DNA from: Leptolyngbyaceae cyanobacterium
GTDB lineage: Bacteria > Cyanobacteriota > Cyanobacteriia > Phormidesmidales > Phormidesmidaceae
Length of the DNA: 58,808 nt
Direction: 5' to 3'
Assembly (NCBI GenBank): GCA_050331235.1
Contig: JBHJHA010000050.1
Span: 1-58,808, forward strand
Each line of letters opens with the position of its first letter. Positions within the stretch are counted from its first letter, which is position 1. Of the stretch, positions 22,270 through 32,208 are shown piece by piece. Under the pieces are notes generated by a model. It saw nothing but the letters and a program-made list of their open reading frames with translations. It was not told the origin of the DNA and did no database searches. Made by a program: the position numbers and the translations under genes.

Positions 22270-23937
22270 TTAGATTGAACAGGTCAGGGCTTGGGTTTGC
22301 TGGCTAAACATGAGATTTTCACGGTAGTCAACGGGGCAGTCGATGACCGTGGGTACGGACTGATCTAAGGCTTCTTTAAGGGTGGGCAAGAGGTCTTCGG
22401 CTGACTCGACTCGATAGCCTTTTAACCCCATGGCCTCGGCGAATTTCACAAAGTCGGGGTTGGTGAAATGCACAAAGTTGGACTCGCCATATTGGCTTTG
22501 CTGCTTCCACTCAATTAGGCCGTAACCGCCGTCATTAAAAATCAGTGTAACAAAGGCAACACCCAATCGCAGTGCTGTCTCCAGCTCTTGACAATTCATC
22601 ATGAAGCCGCCATCGCCCGTGGCTGCAATTACCCGTCGTGACGGATAGACCAGCTTAGCCGCCAGCCCCCCGGGAATGGCAATACCCATGGAGGCAAAGC
22701 CGTTCGAAATGAGACAAGTATTGGGGCGATCGCAGTGGTAATTGCGGGCAATCCACATCTTGTGGGCTCCTACGTCGGAAATCAAGATATCCTCGGGGGC
22801 TAGCACCTGACGCAGGTCATAGATCAACTTTTGGGGCTTGATCGGAAAACCAAAATCATCGCCGTAACGCTCGTAGTCGGCGCGAATTTCGTCGCGGAGC
22901 TGAACATTGATGGGCTCCGGACGACCATCCCGGTTAATACGCTTCAGGATTTCTTTCAAAGAGTCGGCAATGTCGCCTACCACCTCGGCCCGGGGGATGT
23001 AGCTGCTGTCGATTTCCGCTGGGGTGGCGTTGATGTGCAGAATGGGCAGCTCACCGTCGGGATTCCACTTTTTGGGAGAATATTCCACCAGGTCATACCC
23101 TACGGCGATAATCAAGTCAGCCCGTTCAATGCCGCAGGTGATAAAGTCGCGCTGCTGGAGCCCAAAGGTCCATAACGCGAGGGGATGAGTGTAAGGAATC
23201 ACGCCCTTACCCATGAAGGTGTTGACCACAGGAATGTTGAGCTCTGTGGCGAACTGAATTAGAGACTCGCTGGCCTGGGCTCGGATGGCCCCATTACCGA
23301 CCAAGATCAGTGGGTTTGTGGATTGAGAAATGGCGATCGCCGCCTGCTGAATGCTTTGAAAAGAAGCGTAGGATTTTTCGCGACTGTCGCGCTGTAGTGG
23401 CTTACCCTCAACGTTCATATCGGCAATGTTTTCGGGCAAATCGATGTGGACTGCACCGGGCTTTTCGGTTTGGGCCAGTTTGAACGCTTTGCGCACAATT
23501 TCCGGGGTGATACTGGGGCGTACGATTTGGGCGTTCCATTTCGTCACAGGGGAGAACATGGCGACTAAGTCGAGATATTGATGCGACTCGATGTGCATGC
23601 GATCAGTGCCGACTTGGCCGGTAATGGCGACCAGCGGCGCGCGATCAAGGTTGGCGTCGGCTACCCCCGTCATGAGATTAGTCGCGCCTGGCCCCAGGGT
23701 GGATAAACAGACGCCCGCTTTGCCAGTTAGGCGACCGTAAACGTCGGCCATAAATGCAGCTCCCTGCTCATGGCGCGTCGTCACAAACTGAATCGAGGAT
23801 TTCTTGAGCGCCTGCAAAACCGCCAGGTTTTCTTCTCCCGGTACACCAAAAATGTATTCGACGCCCTCATTTTCCAAGCAGTGCACCAGTAGCTCAGCTG
23901 TGTTCATATCCTGTGATTCCTTGCGTGATTGCGTCAT
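22270..23937 (-). CDS. ogdA: ThDP-dependent acetolactate-synthase-like enzyme, most likely 2-oxoglutarate decarboxylase (start 23937 or 23907)
   Basis: FGVPGEEN, RHEQGAAFMADVYGRLTGK and ThDP motif GDGGFMMN..N. Overlaps ssaD by ATGA, the known cyanobacterial ssaD-ogdA arrangement. Confidence 0.8.
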   Translation of the reverse strand: MTQSRKESQDMNTAELLVHCLENEGVEYIFGVPGEENLAVLQALKKSSIQFVTTRHEQGAAFMADVYGRLTGKAGVCLSTLGPGATNLMTGVADANLDRAPLVAITGQVGTDRMHIESHQYLDLVAMFSPVTKWNAQIVRPSITPEIVRKAFKLAQTEKPGAVHIDLPENIADMNVEGKPLQRDSREKSYASFQSIQQAAIAISQSTNPLILVGNGAIRAQASESLIQFATELNIPVVNTFMGKGVIPYTHPLALWTFGLQQRDFITCGIERADLIIAVGYDLVEYSPKKWNPDGELPILHINATPAEIDSSYIPRAEVVGDIADSLKEILKRINRDGRPEPINVQLRDEIRADYERYGDDFGFPIKPQKLIYDLRQVLAPEDILISDVGAHKMWIARNYHCDRPNTCLISNGFASMGIAIPGGLAAKLVYPSRRVIAATGDGGFMMNCQELETALRLGVAFVTLIFNDGGYGLIEWKQQSQYGESNFVHFTNPDFVKFAEAMGLKGYRVESAEDLLPTLKEALDQSVPTVIDCPVDYRENLMFSQQTQALTCSI

Positions 23938-25337
23938 TTAATCCAGACGGTTTTTTTATTAACGAAGGCTAAGATGCCTTCGCGACCCAGTTCTCGCCCA
24001 TAGCCAGAGTGCTTGATGCCGCCAAAGGGCAATCGAGGGTCCGATTTCACCAGGCCGTTGATAAAGACCGCACCCGCTGCTAGCTCATTAATACAGCGAT
24101 CGCACTCGTCGGCATTTTGGGTCCAGGCGCTGGCTCCGAGGCCCAGGGTCGTACCGTTGGCTAGGGCGATCGCCGCGTTCAAATCGGGGACCCGAAAGGT
24201 CAGCGCCACCGGGCCAAAAAACTCCTCTTGATCGGCGGGCGTGCCGGGGGGAATGTCGGTCAAAATCGTCGGCGGGTAAAAAGTGCCCTGCTGGAGCTCC
24301 GGGGGCAGCGTTGCCATGAGGGCGTCGATATCGCCCCCAGCCAGGATCGTCGCCCCCTGCTGTCGGCAGGTTTCCACCTGCTCGATCAGTTCGTCGCGGA
24401 TGCTGGGGGTCGCCAAGGGGCCGATATCGACCTCGATATCGTAGGGATCGCCTACCTTGAGTGTCTGAAATTTAGCTTGTAAGGCTTGGAGAAAATCATC
24501 GGCGATCGTCTCATGGAGGATAAATCGCTTAGCTGCAATGCAAGATTGACCACTATTGAGCATCCGGGCGGTGACGGCGGTGGTGACGGCTTCCTCGAGA
24601 TCGGCACTGGGCATCACGATAAACGGATCGGTCCCCCCCAGTTCCAGGACCGTTGGCTTGATGTACTGACCAGCTGTGGAGGCGAGCGCTGACCCAGCGG
24701 CCTCACTGCCAGTCAGTGTCGCGGCCTGAATACGATTGTCAGCCAAGAGATCGGCGATCGCCTCAGCGCCAATCAACAACGCTTGAAACGCATATTGAGG
24801 AAAGCCCGCCAGGCGCAGGATCTCCTCAATCAGCAGGGCGCACTGAGGCACATTGGAGGCATGTTTAAGTAGGCAGACATTGCCTGCCATGAGAGTCGGG
24901 GCAGCAAAACGGAACACTTGCCAAAAGGGAAAGTTCCACGGCATGACGGCGAGCACCGTGCCCACCGGCTGATATCGCACAAAGCTTTGACTGGCGTCAG
25001 TTAGGGCAGTCGCATCTTGCAAAAAATCAGCCCCATGGTCGGCGTAGTAGCGGCAGACCCAGGCACATTTAGAAACTTCCGAAATCGCGCTTTTGAGTGG
25101 TTTGCCCATTTCCAGGGTCATAACCCGGCCGTAGTTTTCTTTATTGCCTTCAAGCAGGTCAGCTGTCGCCCGTAGCCAGCCAGCGCGCTGTTGCAAGGTG
25201 GTCTGACGATAACTCTGAAAAGCAACCTGGGACTGACCAAGACAGCTATCGAGGGCGGCTTTGCTCAAAGCGGGAAAGGTTTTGAGTTGTTGCCCATTGG
25301 TAGGGTTAATCGTTGCGATCGCCATGGGACTGCCCAT
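23934..25337 (-). CDS. ssaD: Succinate-semialdehyde dehydrogenase
   Basis: [29 protein letters not shown], catalytic [16 protein letters not shown] and [13 protein letters not shown]. Confidence 0.9.
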   Translation of the reverse strand: MGSPMAIATINPTNGQQLKTFPALSKAALDSCLGQSQVAFQSYRQTTLQQRAGWLRATADLLEGNKENYGRVMTLEMGKPLKSAISEVSKCAWVCRYYADHGADFLQDATALTDASQSFVRYQPVGTVLAVMPWNFPFWQVFRFAAPTLMAGNVCLLKHASNVPQCALLIEEILRLAGFPQYAFQALLIGAEAIADLLADNRIQAATLTGSEAAGSALASTAGQYIKPTVLELGGTDPFIVMPSADLEEAVTTAVTARMLNSGQSCIAAKRFILHETIADDFLQALQAKFQTLKVGDPYDIEVDIGPLATPSIRDELIEQVETCRQQGATILAGGDIDALMATLPPELQQGTFYPPTILTDIPPGTPADQEEFFGPVALTFRVPDLNAAIALANGTTLGLGASAWTQNADECDRCINELAAGAVFINGLVKSDPRLPFGGIKHSGYGRELGREGILAFVNKKTVWIK

Positions 25338-25745
25338 TACCGGTAAGACTTCACCTTTCTACTCTGGCAAGGGAAGCCGACAGCCCGGTCTAATCGTATT
25401 GATTGTTTATCGATGACGATGTTTGTTTGCGAAGCTGAGACCGCTGCGGAGTGTTGACCCCAGCCTTGCAAACATATTCTGTGATGAAGAAATTTTCCTG
25501 CACTGCATTGAGTGCGAGCGGTGCAGGAGCATTGCCGGGCATCCCTGCCGCTGGGGTGATACCCATATTTTTGCGTGAATGGGGAATTGCTCCTCGGTTA
25601 GATCCGCAAAAGCTTCACCCAGCCCGACGTTTCAATGAAGTTGACGATCGCGATTATGAATATTTGCAACCGTTTATTTGACCAGTTCTTAAATTGGTCT
25701 TAAATAGTTGCCACAGATTCTCATCTTGCCTCTATCTTTGAAGCC

Positions 25746-25800
25746 AAGATACCTCCTAACTGCGTCTCCAGCCCTGTCAGCGATGGTGGGGCTGCTTTTT
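25746..25800 (+). ncRNA. Candidate small regulatory RNA with anti-SD motif and intrinsic terminator
   Basis: -10-like TATCTT (25733-25738), then ACCTCCT (25751-25757), an 11-bp stem with a GCGA tetraloop (25769-25794) and T5. Both flanking genes are on the minus strand. Confidence 0.5.
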
Positions 25801-25836
25801 GTGGCTAGGGTGTGGTGACGGCTCAGAACTCAGTCC

Positions 25837-26289
25837 TTAGGCTAGCGCTAGCTCATGTCCCCGCTCCTGAATGAACCGGAGCAGCAGCGTCCGGTGAGGT
25901 TGACCCAGGGGGCGTGCTTGATTAGCCTTGGCCGAAAACTTTTCGCCCTTCTCGATGTCCTCTACTGTCCAGAGTCCCAGGTCCCATCCTTCGTTGAGCT
26001 CTAGCTGCTCAGGGGGGACCCCCAAGGGACCATAAAAGACATGGCGCACAATGTTGTCATGCTCCCACCGGACAAAGTGATGAAGCTTCGGCGGCTGGTA
26101 ATTAATTTCTTCCTTTAGTTCCCGCCACACGCCCTGCTCCGGCGTTTCGCCCGGTTCAATGTGGCCTCCAAAGAAGGCCCAATGACCGGGATATACAATT
26201 GTCGGGATATCGTCTCGCAGCTGTAGCAGGAACTGCCCTTCGCGAATGAGCAGGGCGATCGCAACATGAATGGTTGGCTTTATCGTCAT
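25837..26289 (-). CDS. NUDIX hydrolase (start 26289, MTIKPT)
   Basis: LQLRDD...YPGHW and Nudix box GGHIEPGETPEQGVWRELKEE. Confidence 0.92.
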   Translation of the reverse strand: MTIKPTIHVAIALLIREGQFLLQLRDDIPTIVYPGHWAFFGGHIEPGETPEQGVWRELKEEINYQPPKLHHFVRWEHDNIVRHVFYGPLGVPPEQLELNEGWDLGLWTVEDIEKGEKFSAKANQARPLGQPHRTLLLRFIQERGHELALA

Positions 26290-26447
26290 CGCGGCACCTC
26301 GATGGTCACGCCTCCGACTATAAAGCCTGGGAAGAAAATCCGTCTGTGGTCTGCCACTGAACTTAAGTGCTACCGAGGTCATCGCGCTACTGCAAGTCCG
26401 AGCCGATGACCGCGTGCCAGCTACTCTAGAGGCCTCTCCCACTGAGT

Positions 26448-27179
26448 CTAACTGTGAATGCCGCATTCTGTTTTGGCTGAGCCGCGCCAGCGCCCAGCCC
26501 GCTCGTGCTCACCTGCCTGGACAGGGGTCGTCAGGGGCTCATCCCCGATGCTGCCATAGCCTTGGTCATGTAGCGGATTGTAGATGACAGCTTGCTTAAA
26601 GACATAGCGCCAGACATCCTTACGAGTCCAGTTAGCCAGCGGATTAATCTTAAGGCGACCGTCAGTATCACGCTCTAAAATGGGCATGGCGCGGCGGCTG
26701 TCTGACTGATCCCGACGGCGACCTGTAACCCAAACCTGAACGTCGATAGCTTGCAGAGCTCTCTGTAGCGGCTCTACCTTTGTCAAATAGTGGTATTGCT
26801 CAATATCGCGTTCCCACAAGCGATCGCCATAGCGAGCAGCAAACCCCTCGCGGCTGTCCACGCCTGCAGCTCGATAAACGTGGAGATCCAAATCATAGCG
26901 AGCGTGGGCTCGCTGCACGGTTTGCAGCGTCTCAGGAAAGTGATGTAGCGTATCCAAAAAGATCACCGGCACCGCCCGAGTCGGCTTGAGCTCTTCGTAG
27001 AGCAAGTGAATAGTAATCGGAATGCTAAATGCGTTAGTTTGGGCGAGGCCTTGAGGAAAAGCTGCAATCGCCCAGCCGAGAATCTCTTGGGGGGTGGCTA
27101 GCTCAAACTGCTGATTGAGCGCGGTTAGATCGAGCTCAGCTGAGAGAGGGGCAACACCTCGGGTCATGCACTGAACCAT
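26448..27179 (-). CDS. cysH: Phosphoadenylyl-sulfate (PAPS) reductase
   Basis: FLDTLHHFPET, KVEPL, TGRRRDQS, YNPLHDQGYGSIGD and C-terminal ERAGRW..KTECGIH. It lacks the CC/CxxC cysteines of FeS-containing APS reductases. Confidence 0.93.
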   Translation of the reverse strand: MVQCMTRGVAPLSAELDLTALNQQFELATPQEILGWAIAAFPQGLAQTNAFSIPITIHLLYEELKPTRAVPVIFLDTLHHFPETLQTVQRAHARYDLDLHVYRAAGVDSREGFAARYGDRLWERDIEQYHYLTKVEPLQRALQAIDVQVWVTGRRRDQSDSRRAMPILERDTDGRLKINPLANWTRKDVWRYVFKQAVIYNPLHDQGYGSIGDEPLTTPVQAGEHERAGRWRGSAKTECGIHS

Positions 27180-27250
27180 CGGTTTTCACCTGCTGTTTTG
27201 ACTACGGTGCTTCACCTACTTATACACCCTCAGGCCCCAACAATCACGCG

Positions 27251-27276
27251 TAATCCGGTCGGGATTCCGGTGTTTA
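27251..27276. promoter_or_regulatory. Imperfect palindrome upstream of cysH (candidate Rrf2/CymR-like operator)
   Basis: taatccggtcgggattccggtgttta lies about 70 nt upstream of the cysH start. Confidence 0.4.
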
Positions 27277-27444
27277 TTGGTTCGGTTATGGAGAAAGCGC
27301 TCTGTATGAAAGGCTTTGGGAATATTCTGAAGAATGCTTATGAAAGGTATCGCTGGGCGTTAAGTCGTTGGCCCCCGATGACATAACCTGCCATAGTAAA
27401 ACAGTGCTCGGCAGTAGCATGGCCGAGCAACTGAGGAGGGCAGT

Positions 27445-27729
27445 GTGAAACTTGTGCTGTATAGCAAACCTGGCTGTCACCTGTGTGAGGGACTAGAAGA
27501 GAAGCTGGCGGCCCTTGCCCATTTAGACTTTGTCCTAGAGATTCGCGATATTACGACCCAGGATGATTGGTTTCAGCGATATCGGTATGAGATTCCCGTT
27601 TTGTGTCGAGTGCTAGAAACCCCCGACGGTCCCCGTGAGCAGCCGTTGCCCCGGTTATCGCCACGGGCTCCGATCGCCCGAGTGGAGCAAATGTTACAGA
27701 CATATTTGGCACCCAATACGGCAAAATAA
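27445..27729 (+). CDS. Glutaredoxin-like protein (DUF836)
   Basis: LYSKPGCHLCEGL CxxC motif and RYRYEIPVL. Confidence 0.9.
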   Translation: MKLVLYSKPGCHLCEGLEEKLAALAHLDFVLEIRDITTQDDWFQRYRYEIPVLCRVLETPDGPREQPLPRLSPRAPIARVEQMLQTYLAPNTAK

Positions 27730-27760
27730 GCCCAATCAGCTTTTGTGAGAGGTTGCTGAC

Positions 27761-29278
27761 ATGGATTTGCAGACGTTGTTAGCACAATTAGCCCTGGCGG
27801 GCATTACCCCCACGCTGCCGCTGCCGTCCGAGCATCCGGCGTTAAATCAGCCAATCAAGCGATTGTGCACCAACTCCCAAGCCTGTCAGCCGGGCGATTT
27901 ATTCATTGGGATGCCGGGCACTCGGGTAGATGGCGGCGACTTTTGGCCTGGGGCGATCGCCGCTGGGGCGATCGCGGCCTTGGTGTCTCCCGCCGCATAT
28001 GAGCAGCGATCGCCAGCCTCACAACAATCCTCAGCCCTTGTACTCCCCTTTGCCGATATGGCTACGGTGTGTGCCCAAGCCGCAGTGACGTTCTATGGTT
28101 CACCGGGACAGGCCATGCAGCTAGTGGGCGTTACGGGCACTAATGGGAAGACGACCACAACGCATCTGATCGAGGCCCTCCTGCAACAGGCCAATCAGCC
28201 CACAGGGCTACTCGGGACGCTCTATGCGCGCTGGCCAGGTCACGATGCCGTAGCCACCTATACTACCCCCTTTGCCGTAGATCTTCAGGCAGATCTAGCG
28301 GCCGCCCAGGCCGCTGGCTGTGAGGCGGTCGTCATGGAGGTCAGCTCCCATGCGCTAGAGCAAAAGCGCGTCTTGGGTTGCCCGTTTGAGGTGGCGGTGT
28401 TTACTAACCTCACCCAAGATCATTTGGATTATCACCAGACTATGGCGGCCTACTTTGAGGCCAAGGCGCTGTTGTTCAGCGAGGAATATTTGCGCGGTCG
28501 GGCGATTGTCAATCGCGATGACGCCTATGGTCAGCAGCTTCTACAGCGGCTGGGCAACCAGGCCTGGAGCTACAGCGTGGAAAATCCCGACGCTGATTTA
28601 TACACCGCTGATTTGACCTACCAGTCCAATGGTGTGACCGGACAGCTGCATACCCCCCATGGCCAAGTGGCGTTTCAGCTACCACTGGTAGGGCAGTTTA
28701 ACCTGGCTAACATGTTGGCGGCGGTGGGGGCGGCACTCCATCTCGGAGTCACGCTCGAGCAGGTGCGAACCTGTCTGGCTCAGTTTGGCGGCGTGCCCGG
28801 TCGCATGGAACGCGTGGTCGTGAGCTCCAATCAGGCAATCAGTGTCATCGTCGATTACGCCCACACCCCTGATAGCTTACAAAACGCCCTGACCGCAGCG
28901 CGTCCCTTTGTTGAGGGCCGACTGATTTGTGTTTTTGGCTGCGGAGGCGATCGCGATCGCACCAAACGCCCTCGAATGGGCAAGATTGCCTACGATTTAG
29001 CTGATTACGCCATCGTGACTTCTGACAATCCACGGACTGAAGACCCCCAGCGAATTTTGGCTGATATCTTAGAGGGGATTCCCGCTCAACTGCCGGATGG
29101 GCAAGTTGTTTGCGATCGAGCTGAGGCTATCCGGGCGGCAATCGATCAAGCGCAACCCGGCGATTGTGTTCTCATTGCGGGTAAAGGCCACGAGGATTAC
29201 CAAATCCTTGGGACAGAAAAAATCCACTTCGACGATCGCGAACAAGCCCGCGACGCCCTATCCACTAAAATCGGTTGA
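27761..29278 (+). CDS. murE: UDP-MurNAc-Ala-Glu--meso-DAP ligase
   Basis: GVTGTNGKTT, MEVSSH, TNLTQDHLDYH, DYAHTPD, DAP-specific SDNPR and AGKGHEDYQ. Confidence 0.97.
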   Translation: MDLQTLLAQLALAGITPTLPLPSEHPALNQPIKRLCTNSQACQPGDLFIGMPGTRVDGGDFWPGAIAAGAIAALVSPAAYEQRSPASQQSSALVLPFADMATVCAQAAVTFYGSPGQAMQLVGVTGTNGKTTTTHLIEALLQQANQPTGLLGTLYARWPGHDAVATYTTPFAVDLQADLAAAQAAGCEAVVMEVSSHALEQKRVLGCPFEVAVFTNLTQDHLDYHQTMAAYFEAKALLFSEEYLRGRAIVNRDDAYGQQLLQRLGNQAWSYSVENPDADLYTADLTYQSNGVTGQLHTPHGQVAFQLPLVGQFNLANMLAAVGAALHLGVTLEQVRTCLAQFGGVPGRMERVVVSSNQAISVIVDYAHTPDSLQNALTAARPFVEGRLICVFGCGGDRDRTKRPRMGKIAYDLADYAIVTSDNPRTEDPQRILADILEGIPAQLPDGQVVCDRAEAIRAAIDQAQPGDCVLIAGKGHEDYQILGTEKIHFDDREQARDALSTKIG

Positions 29279-29297
29279 GTCCTTAGCTCCTTCAAAC

Positions 29298-29933
29298 TCA
29301 TGTAGCTAGCGTGGCGGCGATCGCGACTAACTTAGCTGGCTCGTCAATTAGCCAGTCTGGGACAGCAGTGGCGAGCACGGCTCGACTGTTAAAGCCCCAA
29401 GCGACGGCGACCGATCTCACTCCAGCTGCTCGCGCTGCTTCGACATCGCGTACCTCATCACCGACATAAACTGTCTGCGTCGGAGAGAGCCGATGCTCAT
29501 TGAGATAGTGAGTGATGAGCCGGCCTTTGCGAAATAAGGTTCCCTTGCCGGTAACGCTGCTAAAGCATGCTTCCAACTGGTGGGCTTGCAAAAAGGCCTG
29601 CACTGTCTCTGCCGTATTTGAGGTAATGATGCCTAACTGATGCTGTTGGCCATGCAGCTCTCGAATCACCTCCGGCACTCCCAGGCAAGGAGGAATCTCC
29701 GCCCCTTGTAGGCGCAGTTCCATCCGTACTCGCCGCAACAAAGCCGGCACCTTGAGTACCGGAATGCCAGAGTAACGAATAAGCTGTCGTGCGGTCATCC
29801 CCTTCAACCCCTCGACCTCGCTTAATGGGGTCGGGCGATAGCCAAACTCTGGAGATAAACGATTGGTAATTGTCACGATCGCCGATAGGCTATCTGCCAG
29901 CGTACCGTCAAAGTCAAACAACAGCGTGGTCAA
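29298..29933 (-). CDS. HAD family hydrolase (phosphoglycolate-phosphatase-like)
   Basis: FDFDGTLADS, ITSN and YVGDEVRDVEAA motifs. Confidence 0.92.
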   Translation of the reverse strand: MTTLLFDFDGTLADSLSAIVTITNRLSPEFGYRPTPLSEVEGLKGMTARQLIRYSGIPVLKVPALLRRVRMELRLQGAEIPPCLGVPEVIRELHGQQHQLGIITSNTAETVQAFLQAHQLEACFSSVTGKGTLFRKGRLITHYLNEHRLSPTQTVYVGDEVRDVEAARAAGVRSVAVAWGFNSRAVLATAVPDWLIDEPAKLVAIAATLAT

Positions 29934-29939
29934 AGTGCC

Positions 29940-32012
29940 TTACCAGGGACGCCATTCCTCCCAGTCTTCGTTAAAGATTGAGGTTTCAGGAAACTGGGTG
30001 GGATTGCCACTCAGCTCCAGTTCACGCCTCAGCTCATACATCAGCGGATCAAGGGTGGGGAGGTTATCCACCAAATCATACGGCAGAATGCCTTTGCGTA
30101 GGGCAAAATCTGCCGTGGCGGCGGCCCCTACCCCTACCGACCATTCGTAGGAGTGCACTCGATAGGCAGCCGCAGCGATCGTGCTAAAGGCAGGCCCCTT
30201 ACCCGTGACCAGCAGATTGTCAATTTTTTGGGGAATGAGCGCTCGCAGCGGAATTTGGGTGGGATATGCCTGGCCGTGGGCCTGTCGTACGCCCGGCCGC
30301 TCGATATTACCGGGTTTCTCAGGGGGACTTTCTAACATGCAGGGATGAAAATCGATCGCGTATTGAGCAATGCCTACCGAGTCAGGGTAAATTCGTGCCC
30401 GCTGTCGCTGGGGAATGTCATCCGGGGCCGTTTCATTCACCAGTGCATCAATCGCGCCTTGACCAGCGACCTCTACCCGGAGGCGCTCGTAGGTCGCTGG
30501 GTCTAAATTTTCCCGATAAAAGGGATCGTTGAAATCAATCCAAGTAAAGTCAACCTCATTGATTTCAAACCCGTCCTCATAGCCGTAAGATGGCCGGCCA
30601 ATAATGCGTCTAGCTTCGCGGATGTAGGGATATTTGGAGAGGCCATGGGCAGTTCCCATGGGGGAGTCATACCCTGTCAACAAGCGGCTGTTGGGGATTG
30701 GCTCTTTCAAGCTGTCGTCCAGTTGCGAGTCGCTATCACCAATCAAAAACCAATAGTAAAAACTCAGGGCGTTTTCTTCGCCACGGCGCAGCGTTTCCTG
30801 ACGCAGGCCGCCCATCCAGCCGCCAGGGAGCAACTGCCCCATTGACTCCAACTGATCGTGGGAATAAATCAGGTTGTCGACAGCGTTACCGGGGCGGTAG
30901 TCATTGCCCCACGTCCAGTTCTGCATGGAGATATCGCCAGGGCGAGGCCGGGGTACGCCGGCGATCGTTTCATCACGTTCGGGTTCTGCCGCCCAGATCC
31001 GCCGGTAGGTAAAGACATAGTCGTAGTAGTCCTGAGCATTGTAATCACGCACCTGCTCCCAGCTAAAGTAGGGCTCGTACTCTAGGTAGTAGCTAGGAAT
31101 AAATTGGGCCTGCGGCGACTCGGTTTTCTCCATCGCAAAGGTGTAGGTAAATCCCTGAGTGCAGTAGGGATCTTGGGTAATGACTGGAGAAGATGGGTTG
31201 AGGTAGGATTTGGGGTCAAGACCGAGACGATAGGGTACATCAGCCATGGCAATGAGTTCGCCTGTTTCCGTAGCCTCAATCACGTACCAGTCTGCAGGGC
31301 CCTCGGGAGCCGTTTCTGGCGGCACAAACTGAATAATGGTTTTCTCAAACCGGGCCGAGTCTTCGTAGGTGTAAAAATCTTCAATGACTACTGAGAGCGG
31401 TTCCGTGTTCAAAGGCGGCGTATTGGGCTGAGGATTGTGCTGAATGCCGATCAGGCTAACGATTTGACGACCGTCTGCGCTGAATTCTAAATCTTTAGGG
31501 ACGGTAGTAGGAAACCATTTCAAGTCGCCATCGCCTTCGTCAGCGGCGTCTTCTAACATATCGAACAGGATCCCGTGGGCATCATAGGGCAAAAAGCAGG
31601 TAGCGCTGACCCAGCAGCGACCCGGGTCAAGCTCGTCATACTGATCGGCCACCCGTTCCCGGAGCTCGTTGTAGCCCTCAGAGTAAAACAGGAGTTCCCG
31701 CTGGCGTCTAGATTCATCAAGGGCGGTGGTACCTTGGGAGGAAATTTGGCCGCCGACCCAGTCGGTGAGTTCGGTAAGGCAAACGGTATGGCCCGCCTTC
31801 AGCGCGTGGTAAGCCGCCGCCGTACCTGAGAGACCGCCGCCGACAATCAATAGATCACACTGAACGACTATATCGGGAGTGCGGGGCACCGCCGCGATCG
31901 CCGGGCTATCAGCTCGCACCGGAGCGGCGATCGCCAGCAAGGGGGGAACGATGACCGCGATCGCCGCTCCAGAAGTGACTCCAACGCGACTGAGACGACC
32001 GAACTGACGCAT
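29940..32012 (-). CDS. Secreted/periplasmic FAD-dependent oxidoreductase
   Basis: Signal-like N-terminus, DLLIVGGGLSG dinucleotide-binding motif, WVGGQISSQG, YPYIREARRI and QIPLRALIP. Confidence 0.85.
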   Translation of the reverse strand: MRQFGRLSRVGVTSGAAIAVIVPPLLAIAAPVRADSPAIAAVPRTPDIVVQCDLLIVGGGLSGTAAAYHALKAGHTVCLTELTDWVGGQISSQGTTALDESRRQRELLFYSEGYNELRERVADQYDELDPGRCWVSATCFLPYDAHGILFDMLEDAADEGDGDLKWFPTTVPKDLEFSADGRQIVSLIGIQHNPQPNTPPLNTEPLSVVIEDFYTYEDSARFEKTIIQFVPPETAPEGPADWYVIEATETGELIAMADVPYRLGLDPKSYLNPSSPVITQDPYCTQGFTYTFAMEKTESPQAQFIPSYYLEYEPYFSWEQVRDYNAQDYYDYVFTYRRIWAAEPERDETIAGVPRPRPGDISMQNWTWGNDYRPGNAVDNLIYSHDQLESMGQLLPGGWMGGLRQETLRRGEENALSFYYWFLIGDSDSQLDDSLKEPIPNSRLLTGYDSPMGTAHGLSKYPYIREARRIIGRPSYGYEDGFEINEVDFTWIDFNDPFYRENLDPATYERLRVEVAGQGAIDALVNETAPDDIPQRQRARIYPDSVGIAQYAIDFHPCMLESPPEKPGNIERPGVRQAHGQAYPTQIPLRALIPQKIDNLLVTGKGPAFSTIAAAAYRVHSYEWSVGVGAAATADFALRKGILPYDLVDNLPTLDPLMYELRRELELSGNPTQFPETSIFNEDWEEWRPW

Positions 32013-32208
32013 ATGAGCTTCCTTTTGGCAAAATCTGACTCTTATTTTTCAAAGCTTAGAAGAAATCTTTGACCTTTTGTGCAGATTTTAAGGCCAGTCT
32101 TGGAAATAGGCTCCACAGACCCCTTGAGTTCGTCGCCATCACTCAGATGATGACGGCGATAGGGCTCACGATGGTGATGCTAAAACCGGTTGGGCTGGCG
32201 GACGGGAT

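Noticed and set aside
25451..25681. 76-aa plus-strand ORF upstream of the sRNA candidate
   Set aside because: GTG start, no recognisable family, and a separate -10-like element lies between it and the terminator. It is probably spurious.
32129..32160. Imperfect hairpin after the DUF928 gene
   Set aside because: It has no U-tract and contains a mismatch. At most it is an ordinary stabilising or terminating stem.
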